Shown here one piece after another: positions 22,241 to 30,383 of a DNA stretch of 32,493 nucleotides; the first letter of the stretch is position 1, and each line of letters starts with the position of its first letter. Under the pieces are notes generated by a model. That model was given only the letters and a program-made list of their open reading frames with translations, searched no databases and was not told where the DNA came from. Source of the DNA: Gammaproteobacteria bacterium (GTDB lineage Bacteria; Pseudomonadota; Gammaproteobacteria; Eutrophobiales; Eutrophobiaceae); NCBI GenBank assembly GCA_016844485.1, contig JAENIZ010000008.1:1-32493 (forward strand), given 5' to 3'. Made by a program: the position numbers and the translations under genes.

Positions 22241-22273
22241 GTTACACCACCGACTCTGGCCAGATTTATCGAT

Positions 22274-23572
22274 ATGCAGGCACGTGCAATTGCAACGCTG
22301 GTCATTACCGAGGTTCTCACACGAGGCCAAACACTATCCTCTCTTCTGCCATCCTTTCTCGGCCGTTTGACTAACCCCAGGGATCAGGCCTTTGCACAGG
22401 AGCTTTCCTATGGGGTGCTGCGTTGGTATTACCGTTTGGATTTTATTTTGCAGTCTCTGCTAAGCAAGGACCTGAAACCCAAGGACACCGATATCAAGGC
22501 ACTGATTCTCGTCGGTTTATATCAATTGGGTTATTTACGCACACCTCCGCATGCGGCGGTATCTGCCACAGTGGATGCCTGCGATGAATTGCATAAACCC
22601 TGGGCCAAGAAGCTGGTGAATGCAATACTTCGCAACTACCAAAGAGAAAGTAATCATTTACTGTCACTTGCTGATCATGATAACGCCGCAAAATATGCAC
22701 ATCCCCGCTGGCTGCTCGATTCCTTGCAGCAGTATTACCCGGATCAATGGCAAGTTATCAGTGATGCAAATAACCACTATCCACCTATGTATCTCCGGGT
22801 CAATGGCAGAAAGACATCCCGCCCGGATTATCTGGCCAAACTCGCGGCAGCCCATATCGAGGCCCTGGAAACGCCCTTCAGCCCGGCGGGAGTCAGGCTT
22901 GCAGAGGCCATGGATGTCAGTGATCTGCCTGAATTCCAGAATGGATATGTGTCGGTCCAGGATCTTGCTGCACAACTTGCCGCCCCACTGCTCGACTTGA
23001 AACCCGGTCAACGCGTACTGGATGCATGCGCAGCACCCGGTGGCAAGCTGACCCATATCCTGGAACTTGAACCTGGACTAACCGAAACTGTTGCAATAGA
23101 AAATGATGCAATTCGGTTTGAAAAATTGCGCCAGACCCTTGCCCGGGTACAACTCGAGTCAACCCTTATCCAGGCTGATGCAAGGTCCACCGATCAATGG
23201 TGGGACGGTATTTCTTTTGATCGCATCCTGCTGGATGCGCCGTGCAGCGCGACGGGTGTCATTCGCCGCCATCCTGATATCAAAGTCTTGCGTCAACCTG
23301 CAGACATTTTGGATGTAACACAAATACAGTCTGAATTGTTATCAGCGCTCTGGCCGTTGCTTAAACATGGAGGTAAGCTGTTATACGTAACCTGCTCGAT
23401 ATTAAACTCTGAAAACGATGATCAAATCAGAACATTTACGGCGAAACATCCGCATGCAGGTTCAATAATGATCAATGCTGAATGGGGTTTTACCACAGCA
23501 TACGGTATTCAGACCCTGCCCGGACAATTTGATATGGACGGATTTTATTATGCATGCCTTGAAAAAATCTAA
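22274..23572 (+). CDS. rsmB: 16S rRNA (cytosine967-C5)-methyltransferase RsmB/Sun
   Basis: 432-aa ORF with an N-terminal NusB-like region. The SAM motif DACAAPGGK and the catalytic DAPCSATGV and TCS motifs are present. It follows def-fmt as in many proteobacteria. Confidence 0.93.
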   Translation: MQARAIATLVITEVLTRGQTLSSLLPSFLGRLTNPRDQAFAQELSYGVLRWYYRLDFILQSLLSKDLKPKDTDIKALILVGLYQLGYLRTPPHAAVSATVDACDELHKPWAKKLVNAILRNYQRESNHLLSLADHDNAAKYAHPRWLLDSLQQYYPDQWQVISDANNHYPPMYLRVNGRKTSRPDYLAKLAAAHIEALETPFSPAGVRLAEAMDVSDLPEFQNGYVSVQDLAAQLAAPLLDLKPGQRVLDACAAPGGKLTHILELEPGLTETVAIENDAIRFEKLRQTLARVQLESTLIQADARSTDQWWDGISFDRILLDAPCSATGVIRRHPDIKVLRQPADILDVTQIQSELLSALWPLLKHGGKLLYVTCSILNSENDDQIRTFTAKHPHAGSIMINAEWGFTTAYGIQTLPGQFDMDGFYYACLEKI

Positions 23573-24143
23573 TCAGATCCGGACATACCGCTTCTGTTCC
23601 ATATTATTCGCATTTCTATCACTATGGCCACTTACTGTGTTTTCGGAAGATGTAAAAGGAATTGAAATTGACTACATCAATGGTGTGATGAATGGAGACG
23701 TCTATACTATCGATGCCCGCATCTTATATGACTTTGGTACAGAGGCCCGCAAGGCATTGGATCACGGGATTGCATTGCAAATTGATATTGAATTTCGTGT
23801 AATAAAGCGTCGGCAATGGCTCTGGGATAAAACAATCACCTCTAAAGTATTAAGCTACCGGCTGGAACATCACCCTCTCAGCGGACATTATCTTGTGACT
23901 AATCTAATCGATGGCAGTCGCCGGCAGTTTCAACGCCTTGAAAGCGCCTTAAATTATCTGGGGACAATAAAAAATTATTCTTTGGTATCACGTGGATTTC
24001 TTTTGCCAAACAATGTATACATCGCCCGCATCCGAGCACTCCTTAATATTCAGGAATTACCTGCGCCTTTGCGGCCGCTGGCCTACGTATCGTCCAAATG
24101 GCGTCTTGCCAGCCCATGGCATGAATGGATAATCCAATTATGA
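23550..24143 (+). CDS. DUF4390 family protein (secreted/periplasmic, function unknown)
   Basis: The ORF track starts at 23475 inside rsmB. The ATG at 23550 gives MHALKKSNQIRTYRFCSILFAFLSLWPLTVFSEDV, with a signal-peptide-like N-terminus, and 197 aa. It overlaps the rsmB 3' end by 23 nt. The family assignment comes from my recollection of the conserved rsmB-DUF4390-ntrY neighbourhood and was not searched. Confidence 0.75.
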   Translation: MHALKKSNQIRTYRFCSILFAFLSLWPLTVFSEDVKGIEIDYINGVMNGDVYTIDARILYDFGTEARKALDHGIALQIDIEFRVIKRRQWLWDKTITSKVLSYRLEHHPLSGHYLVTNLIDGSRRQFQRLESALNYLGTIKNYSLVSRGFLLPNNVYIARIRALLNIQELPAPLRPLAYVSSKWRLASPWHEWIIQL

Positions 24144-26305
24144 GACGCGGTGGGAAATTAATTTTATTTGCCGGGTTTGTCCTGTTTATCTTCATGCTGG
24201 TATCACTCTTAATGATGAGTAACGGCCTGCAAGACTCAAGTCATTTTGGTCGCGTGTACCTTGGGTTACTGGTATTTAATACCCTGGGCCTTTTAACACT
24301 GATCGTTCTTATCACACTTAACCTGAAAGGTCTCATACGGCAACTTCGGGATCGTGTTCCTGGCGCGCGTATGACAGTTCGCATGGTCACTATGTTTACC
24401 GTGCTCTCGGTAACTCCGGTATTGATTGTGTATTACTTTTCCCTGGATTTCCTGCTCAGAGGAATTGATAACTGGTTTGATCTTCGCGTAGAACAAGCAC
24501 TGAATGATTCACTTGAACTCAGCCGGCTGTCGCTTGATAAGCGCATGCGGGAATTGCTTGATACTACAAAACAGATAGCGGATGAATTGTCTGACATTAC
24601 CGATGCGGCAGTGCCTTTCGAGATTGATGGGCTGAGGGTTCGCAGTGGAGCAAAAGAACTGACACTACTCACTCTGCAAAGTGGAATAATATCTTCCAGC
24701 GTAGATGATCCTTCCCATCTGGTCCCGGACAGGCCGAATGAGATAATCCTCCTGCGAGTACGACAGGGAGGCAGTTATACCGGTCTGGATACGATTCAAG
24801 ATTCCGGTCTGCATATCCGGATAGTCGTCAATGTGCCGAAGATCGGAATAGCCAGTGAAACCAGAATTTTACAGGCCTTATATCCGGTTGAGGAACGGAT
24901 CAATAATCTGGCTGCAGGCGTGCAATCATCATATATAAAATACAAAGAACTCTCCTATCTGCGCGAACAACTCAAGATTAGTTTTGTCATGATCCTGACC
25001 CTGGTACTGCTGTTCAGCATATTCAGTGCGGTCTGGGCCGCTTTTTATTCAGCCAGACGCCTGGCCGAACCTGTGCGTGATCTGGCTATGGGGACAATAG
25101 CAGTCGCAGATGGTAATTACGAAACTCAATTGCCTGTGCCGAGTAACGATGAACTGGGTTTTTTGGTGGCTTCCTTTAATGACATGACCCGCAGGATCAG
25201 CCAGGCGCGGGATGAGACAAGCCGTAGCCAGTTTGAAGCTGAAACACAACGCTCATATCTTGAAGCCGTGCTGGGAAAATTGTCTTCCGGAGTACTGGTA
25301 CTGGATCAGGATTATCGCTTGCGAACCGCCAATGTCAGTGCGGAACAAATTTTCGGAATACCTCTTACAAATCTGGCCGGGCAAACTATTAAAAATATTG
25401 CTTCAAATTATCCACATTTCAATCAATTCAAAGAAACCATCGAGTCCCATTTGAGCGCGGCACAAAAAGACTGGCGTGAGCAAGTCACAATTACGGAAAG
25501 CGGCCTACGTAAAACCCTTATGTGCAGCTGGACCACATTACCTGGTACTCATAATATGCTGCATGGTTACATTATTGTGATCGATGATATTACCGCATTG
25601 ATACAGGGGCAGCGCAATGCAGCGTGGAGCGAAATGGCAAGGCGTCTCGCACATGAGATCAAAAACCCTCTTACACCCATTCAGTTGGCGACTGAAAGAT
25701 TGCGGCATAAATATCTACGGGGTATGCAACAGGATGATACAGAAACGTTCGATCGTCTGACCAATACCATCGCCCAACAAGTGGAAACCATGAAAGATAT
25801 GGTAAATACCTTTTCTGAATTTGCGCGTTCGCCTGAAATCAACCCCCAGCCGGTCAATATAAATAAATTGATTACTGAAGTACTTGATTTATTTGCCAAC
25901 CTCAATCGCTACGCACAGATTGAAACACATCTGGCCACAAACATTCCCACAATAACAGCGGACATAGGCCGGCTCCGCCAATGCACTGAATTTAAACTTG
26001 AAATCAGCACCCAATGCATCAAGACAGGCAATCAGGAATTCGCGGAAATCAGGATCAAAGACTCGGGCACGGGTATTACTGAGGATATAATGGACCAGAT
26101 GTTTGATCCCTATGTCACGACAAAAACAAAGGGTGCAGGTCTCGGGCTCGCCATCGTGAAAAAGATAGTTGAGGAACATAAAGGAATGGTCTGGCTTGAG
26201 AATAATCAGCCAGGCCCGGGGGCATGCGCGATTATACGACTGCCCATAAACCCGGCAGAAGTTCCTGAATACAAAGTCATTGCAGAAAACCAGGCGGCCA
26301 AATGA
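24125..26305 (+). CDS. ntrY: NtrY-like sensor histidine kinase (3 TM, ~185-aa periplasmic domain, TM, HAMP, PAS, HisKA, HATPase)
   Basis: 726-aa ORF. It has the H box RRLAHEIKNPLTPIQL, the G1 box KDSGTG and the G2 box GAGLGLAIVKKIVEEH. A second ATG at 24140 overlaps the DUF4390 stop as ATGA and is the likelier start. No N box is recognisable (see findings). Confidence 0.88.
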   Translation: MDNPIMRRGGKLILFAGFVLFIFMLVSLLMMSNGLQDSSHFGRVYLGLLVFNTLGLLTLIVLITLNLKGLIRQLRDRVPGARMTVRMVTMFTVLSVTPVLIVYYFSLDFLLRGIDNWFDLRVEQALNDSLELSRLSLDKRMRELLDTTKQIADELSDITDAAVPFEIDGLRVRSGAKELTLLTLQSGIISSSVDDPSHLVPDRPNEIILLRVRQGGSYTGLDTIQDSGLHIRIVVNVPKIGIASETRILQALYPVEERINNLAAGVQSSYIKYKELSYLREQLKISFVMILTLVLLFSIFSAVWAAFYSARRLAEPVRDLAMGTIAVADGNYETQLPVPSNDELGFLVASFNDMTRRISQARDETSRSQFEAETQRSYLEAVLGKLSSGVLVLDQDYRLRTANVSAEQIFGIPLTNLAGQTIKNIASNYPHFNQFKETIESHLSAAQKDWREQVTITESGLRKTLMCSWTTLPGTHNMLHGYIIVIDDITALIQGQRNAAWSEMARRLAHEIKNPLTPIQLATERLRHKYLRGMQQDDTETFDRLTNTIAQQVETMKDMVNTFSEFARSPEINPQPVNINKLITEVLDLFANLNRYAQIETHLATNIPTITADIGRLRQCTEFKLEISTQCIKTGNQEFAEIRIKDSGTGITEDIMDQMFDPYVTTKTKGAGLGLAIVKKIVEEHKGMVWLENNQPGPGACAIIRLPINPAEVPEYKVIAENQAAK

Positions 26306-27660
26306 TTACAAGCAATATACTGATAGTCGATGATGAACCTGACATTCGAAATCTCGTAAAAGAGATTCTGGAAGATGAGGGCTTCAATGTTGACGTGGCT
26401 GAAAATGCCGAACAGGCAAAACAACAGCGTGAAATCTTCTCCCCTGATCTGATATTGCTGGATATCTGGATGCCGGGTACCGATGGCATAACCTTATTAA
26501 AGGAATGGAAAGAAACAAATGCATTGGATATTCCGGTCATCATGATGTCCGGACACGGAACTGTGGAAACTGCAGTGGAAGCGACCAAAGTAGGTGCTTA
26601 TGATTTCATAGAAAAACCGTTATCACTCGCCAAGTTAATCCTTACAGTCAAGCATGCCCTGGAATCAGTTTCATTACATCAGGAAAACCTGCGCCTGCGC
26701 AGTCATAGTCAACTGGTCATCGCGCCGATTGGTAAAAGCCAGACCATGCGCAACCTTCGCGCACAAATCGATCGCATTGCAAATCACAACACACCTGTCT
26801 TGATCATCGGCGAATCGGGCACCGATAAGGAATTATATGCACGTTATCTGCATAACCAGAGTAACCGCGCAAAAGCGCCGTTTGTGACAGTCGGCGTGTC
26901 GGCCTTGTCGGCCGATAATGCCATGGTGGCGCTCTTCGGCAGTGATGAACGCGGAGAAATACGTCCGGGATTATTGGATCAGGCGGAAGGTGGAATCCTG
27001 TTTCTGAAGGACATAGCGGATCTGAGTCTTTCCTTGCAGGCAAAATTGCAGAATACAATCGAAAACCAGTCTTTTACCCGTATTAACGGCACAGAACCAT
27101 GCGTAATTGATGTCAGAGTGGTTGCAGCGACGAGCCATAATCTCCTTGAGCTGGTACAGGCAGATAAATTTCGTGATGATCTTTATTATCAGCTTAACGT
27201 ACTGCCGTTGAAAATACCTCCATTACGGGAACATTGTGAGGACATTCCGGAATTACTTGAATTTTTTGTTACCTACTTCGTAGAACAACAAGGTCTGCCT
27301 TACCGGCATTTCCCGGTCGCCGTCCAGAATTATCTGCGCGGATATGAGTGGCCGGGAAATGTGCGTGAATTAAAGAACCTGGTGCAACGACTGTTAATCC
27401 TGGGGACTCAGGAAAACATTGATACTGATGAGATTGATATCGCCATTGGCAAACAGGCAAATAAAATACCCGTCCCGGAATTCAATACAAATTTTGAACT
27501 CCCGTTGCGCGAGGCCAGGGAACAATTTGAAAAGGCCTATTTGCAATACAAACTTGAACGGGCAAACGGCAGTGTCAGTAAAGTGGCCAAAGCCGTGGGC
27601 ATGGAGCGTACACATCTTTATAGAAAACTGAAATCACTCGGTATCGATATAAAAATGTAA
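26302..27660 (+). CDS. ntrX: NtrX-like response regulator (receiver, AAA+-like domain, Fis-type HTH)
   Basis: 452-aa ORF whose start overlaps the kinase stop as ATGA. The receiver reads ILIVDDEPDIR...LLDIWMPGTDG. The central domain has GESGTDKE and WPGNVRELKN. The C-terminal HTH reads GSVSKVAKAVGMERTHLYRKLKSLGI. Confidence 0.9.
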   Translation: MITSNILIVDDEPDIRNLVKEILEDEGFNVDVAENAEQAKQQREIFSPDLILLDIWMPGTDGITLLKEWKETNALDIPVIMMSGHGTVETAVEATKVGAYDFIEKPLSLAKLILTVKHALESVSLHQENLRLRSHSQLVIAPIGKSQTMRNLRAQIDRIANHNTPVLIIGESGTDKELYARYLHNQSNRAKAPFVTVGVSALSADNAMVALFGSDERGEIRPGLLDQAEGGILFLKDIADLSLSLQAKLQNTIENQSFTRINGTEPCVIDVRVVAATSHNLLELVQADKFRDDLYYQLNVLPLKIPPLREHCEDIPELLEFFVTYFVEQQGLPYRHFPVAVQNYLRGYEWPGNVRELKNLVQRLLILGTQENIDTDEIDIAIGKQANKIPVPEFNTNFELPLREAREQFEKAYLQYKLERANGSVSKVAKAVGMERTHLYRKLKSLGIDIKM

Positions 27661-27719
27661 CTGGTAATACCGGCCCGCAATTAAATAATGTATCAATAAC
27701 CATTCGGTCGTAATAAATC

Positions 27720-28298
27720 ATGTCCCATCCTGATGCAGATAAGTGGAATGCTGTTTATCAGTCAGGGAAACACGGCCGGGATGAACCTGTCCGGATATTA
27801 AAGGATTACGCACATCTTCTGCCAAAAATCGGGACTGCACTGGATCTGGCCTGCGGCACAGGCGCAAATGCGATCTTTCTTGCACAACATGGCCTGCAGA
27901 CATCCGCCTGGGACGTCTCCGAACAGGCAATAAATCGTTTACATGAATCTGCAATTCAACTTGGTTTGAAAATTGATACTGAGATCCGTGACGTTATTGT
28001 AAAACCGCCGGAAGCAAATAGGTTTGATGTTATCGTTGTCAGTTATTTTCTGGAAAGGACACTTATACCTTATATCATTGATGCGCTACATATGAATGGC
28101 CTCCTTTTCTACCAGACCTTTACCAGGGAGCGCGTGGATGATACCGGTCCCACTAATGACGGCTATCGATTGGCTGAAAATGAACTACTTAAGCTATGCG
28201 GCAATTTGCATATCGTAATCTATCGTGAAGAAGGCATGATTGGAGATACAGCATATGGTTTCAGAAACGAGGCCATGCTGGTTGGTCAGCGTCATTAA
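27720..28298 (+). CDS. Class I SAM-dependent methyltransferase (TehB-like size)
   Basis: 192-aa ORF with SAM-binding motif I ALDLACGTGANAIFLAQHG and the post-I acidic residue in SAWDVS. Confidence 0.8.
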   Translation: MSHPDADKWNAVYQSGKHGRDEPVRILKDYAHLLPKIGTALDLACGTGANAIFLAQHGLQTSAWDVSEQAINRLHESAIQLGLKIDTEIRDVIVKPPEANRFDVIVVSYFLERTLIPYIIDALHMNGLLFYQTFTRERVDDTGPTNDGYRLAENELLKLCGNLHIVIYREEGMIGDTAYGFRNEAMLVGQRH

Positions 28299-28325
28299 CT
28301 CATTCTCCATCCAATAATATCTAAT

Positions 28326-28640
28326 ATGGATATCATCGAAAATCTCGAAAAGCTGCTGGCCCAGGGGCAAGATAACGCCTTGATTCATTACAGTCTTGGC
28401 AATGAATATTTAAGAGAAAAAGATTTTGTTGAGGCCATCAAGCATTTAATCAGGGCCGTCGAGCTTGATCCTGATTACTCTGCGGCGTGGAAGCTCTACG
28501 GAAAAGTCCTGGCCGGGAATAATCAGATCAATGATGCAATCAAGGCTTACGAGAAGGGTATTTCAGTGGCAGAAAAAAAAGGTGACATCCAGGCCGCCAA
28601 AGAAATGAAGGTGTTTTTGAAAAGATTAAAAAAACAGTGA
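28326..28640 (+). CDS. Small tetratricopeptide-repeat protein
   Basis: 104-aa ORF with about two TPR-like units (ALIHYSLGNEYLREKDFVEAIKHLIRAVELDPDYSAAWKLYGKVLAGNNQINDAIKAYEKGI) and a Lys-rich tail. Confidence 0.75.
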   Translation: MDIIENLEKLLAQGQDNALIHYSLGNEYLREKDFVEAIKHLIRAVELDPDYSAAWKLYGKVLAGNNQINDAIKAYEKGISVAEKKGDIQAAKEMKVFLKRLKKQ

Positions 28641-28673
28641 TTAGTAATTGGTGATTAGTAACTAGTAACAAAA

Positions 28674-28717
28674 CACCCGCCGCTCCTGCGCGTCACTGCG
28701 CCTGCGGCATTAGTGCA
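28674..28717. repeat. 44-nt GC-rich direct repeat, copy 1
   Basis: The sequence is CACCCGCCGCTCCTGCGCGTCACTGCGCCTGCGGCATTAGTGCA. Predicted hairpin: GCCGC/GCGGC outer stem and GCGC/GCGC inner stem. Confidence 0.85.
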
Positions 28718-28847
28718 GTCGCTCTTTGATATCCATATCATCGCGACATTCGTGCAGTGACTCCCAACATCCTGTTTCCCGTCACACTAGTACATCCGTG
28801 TACGTCGTCCATGCACATCATCCTGCACGTCATCACTAATTACTGAT

Positions 28848-28891
28848 CACCCGCCGCTCTTGCGCGTCAATGCGCCCGCGGCATTAGTGCA
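28848..28891. repeat. 44-nt GC-rich direct repeat, copy 2
   Basis: The sequence is CACCCGCCGCTCTTGCGCGTCAATGCGCCCGCGGCATTAGTGCA. It is identical to copy 1 at 41 of 44 positions, with the same predicted stems. Confidence 0.85.
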
Positions 28892-28914
28892 TCCATGCAC
28901 GTCATCACTGATTT

Positions 28915-29892
28915 TCATCCACTACACTCTCCCCCACCATCTTTATGCAGTTCCAATGTACCGATGAGTTCAGTTACGTTTTTCAGTTTATGTCTTGTTA
29001 AATAATCAATAATGCCGGCATTAATCTTGGGACATATCAGCGGATCATAGAACAGGGCTGTGCCGATACCCACAGTTGTGGCGCCGGCGATGAGAAATTC
29101 CAGTGCATCATTCACCGTGGTGATCCCGCCCTGGCCGATAATCGGGACATCATGTTGTTTGCTCACCTGATACACCTGATGCACTTTGAGAAGAGCGATA
29201 GGTTTGATGGCGGGACCGGAAAGTCCGCCCTGATTATTGCCGATGACGGGTTTACGCTCCTCAATATCAATAGACATGCCCATCAAGGTATTGATCACCG
29301 CCAGCGCATCGGTCCCCGCCTCGATACAACGACGGGCATTTTCTGCAATATCGGTCTGATTGGGCGAGAGCTTGGTGATCAGTGGTTTCTTTGTGACCTT
29401 GCGGCATGCCTCGACCACACGTGCAGACATATCCGGATTATTCCCGAACGCAACACCGCCTTCCTTGACGTTGGGACAGGAGATATTGATTTCCATGGCA
29501 TCGATAGGCGAATCATCAAAGATACGCGTCACCTCGGCATATTCTTCAATGGTTGAACCACACACATTTGCAATAAAACGCGTTTCACTGAAATCCAGTT
29601 TCGGGAGATAGTCATCGACGACCTTGTGCGCACCGGGATTCTGTAGCCCGATGGCATTCAACATCCCCATATAGGTCTCGGCAATCCTGTGTGGTGGATT
29701 GCCCAGGCGCGGTGCAAGTGTAGTACCCTTTAAGCAAACTGCGCCGGCATCGGTGTTGGAAAATCCACTGACACGTGTATATTCTTCACCAAACCCGACA
29801 CATCCGGACAACAACACCAGTGGCGTGCTGAATTTTAATCCACAAAAATCAACCAATAACTTTTCTTTATTTTTATCATTCATCGGCATCAT
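28915..29892 (-). CDS. pyrD: Dihydroorotate dehydrogenase, class 1 type (catalytic subunit)
   Basis: 325-aa ORF with MEINISCPNVKEGG (Cys catalytic base, the class 1 hallmark), NQGGLSG and GQGGITT FMN-binding motifs. There is no N-terminal membrane-association extension. Three Met codons lie within the first four residues, so the start is uncertain by a few codons. Confidence 0.9.
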   Translation of the reverse strand: MMPMNDKNKEKLLVDFCGLKFSTPLVLLSGCVGFGEEYTRVSGFSNTDAGAVCLKGTTLAPRLGNPPHRIAETYMGMLNAIGLQNPGAHKVVDDYLPKLDFSETRFIANVCGSTIEEYAEVTRIFDDSPIDAMEINISCPNVKEGGVAFGNNPDMSARVVEACRKVTKKPLITKLSPNQTDIAENARRCIEAGTDALAVINTLMGMSIDIEERKPVIGNNQGGLSGPAIKPIALLKVHQVYQVSKQHDVPIIGQGGITTVNDALEFLIAGATTVGIGTALFYDPLICPKINAGIIDYLTRHKLKNVTELIGTLELHKDGGGECSG

Positions 29893-29921
29893 TTTACGCT
29901 ATATAAAGTTACCACATAACA

Positions 29922-30383
29922 ATGTTCAACATCGTACTTTACCAGCCGGAAATCCCGCCCAATACCGGCAACATTATACGCCTTTGTTCAAATACAGGCT
30001 CAACCCTGCACCTGATCCATCCGCTCGGTTTCGATCTGGATGATAAAAAATTAAAACGCGCCGGCCTTGATTATCCTGAGTGGGCCAGTGTCAACAATTA
30101 CCCGGATTTCAAATCGTATCTGGAAAAAGCCAAACCCGTGAGAATTTTTGCGATATCGACCAAAGGCAAGACGATCTATGCCGATTGCCGATTCAAAAGA
30201 GGAGATACATTTATTTTTGGCCCGGAAACACGGGGATTGCCGGCGAGTTTCCTGAAATCACTCCCAGACAATCAGATACTACGTATACCCATGCAACCGG
30301 ACAGCCGCAGTCTGAATCTTTCCAATGCGGTGTCTGTCGTTATCTATGAGGCATGGCGGCAGAATGATTTCATATCTAGCTAG
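29922..30383 (+). CDS. trmL: tRNA (cytidine/uridine-2'-O-)-methyltransferase TrmL (SpoU/TrmH family)
   Basis: 153-aa ORF starting MFNIVLYQPEIPPNTGNIIRLCSNTGSTLHLI, with later FGPETRGLP and LNLSNAVSVVIYEAWRQ. This is the typical TrmL size and motif set. Confidence 0.92.
   Translation: MFNIVLYQPEIPPNTGNIIRLCSNTGSTLHLIHPLGFDLDDKKLKRAGLDYPEWASVNNYPDFKSYLEKAKPVRIFAISTKGKTIYADCRFKRGDTFIFGPETRGLPASFLKSLPDNQILRIPMQPDSRSLNLSNAVSVVIYEAWRQNDFISS

Larger units (their letters stand above)
28637..28913. repeat. Complex structured repeat region in the convergent TPR/pyrD spacer
   Basis: Heptamer array TGATTAG TAATTGG TGATTAG TAACTAG TAAC (28638..28669), beginning in the TPR stop codon. Its inverted partner is at 28831..28850, matching at 17 of 20 positions. 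GCACGTCATCACT(A/G)ATT occurs twice (28825..28841 and 28897..28913). The interior also contains degenerate CC(R)TGCACRTCRT-like units and several short hairpins. Confidence 0.8.

Noticed and set aside
23475-23549. The longer start for the DUF4390 ORF (MLNGVLPQHTVF...).
   Set aside because: The extension lies within the conserved C-terminus of rsmB. The signal-peptide-like sequence begins at the ATG at 23550.
28641-28914. A possible CRISPR array or a DGR template/variable repeat pair, suggested by the two 44-nt direct repeats.
   Set aside because: There are only two copies, separated by 130 nt of internally repetitive sequence. No cas genes or reverse transcriptase are in the window. The three mismatches (C/T, C/A, T/C) are not adenine-specific, and neither copy lies within a coding 3' end.
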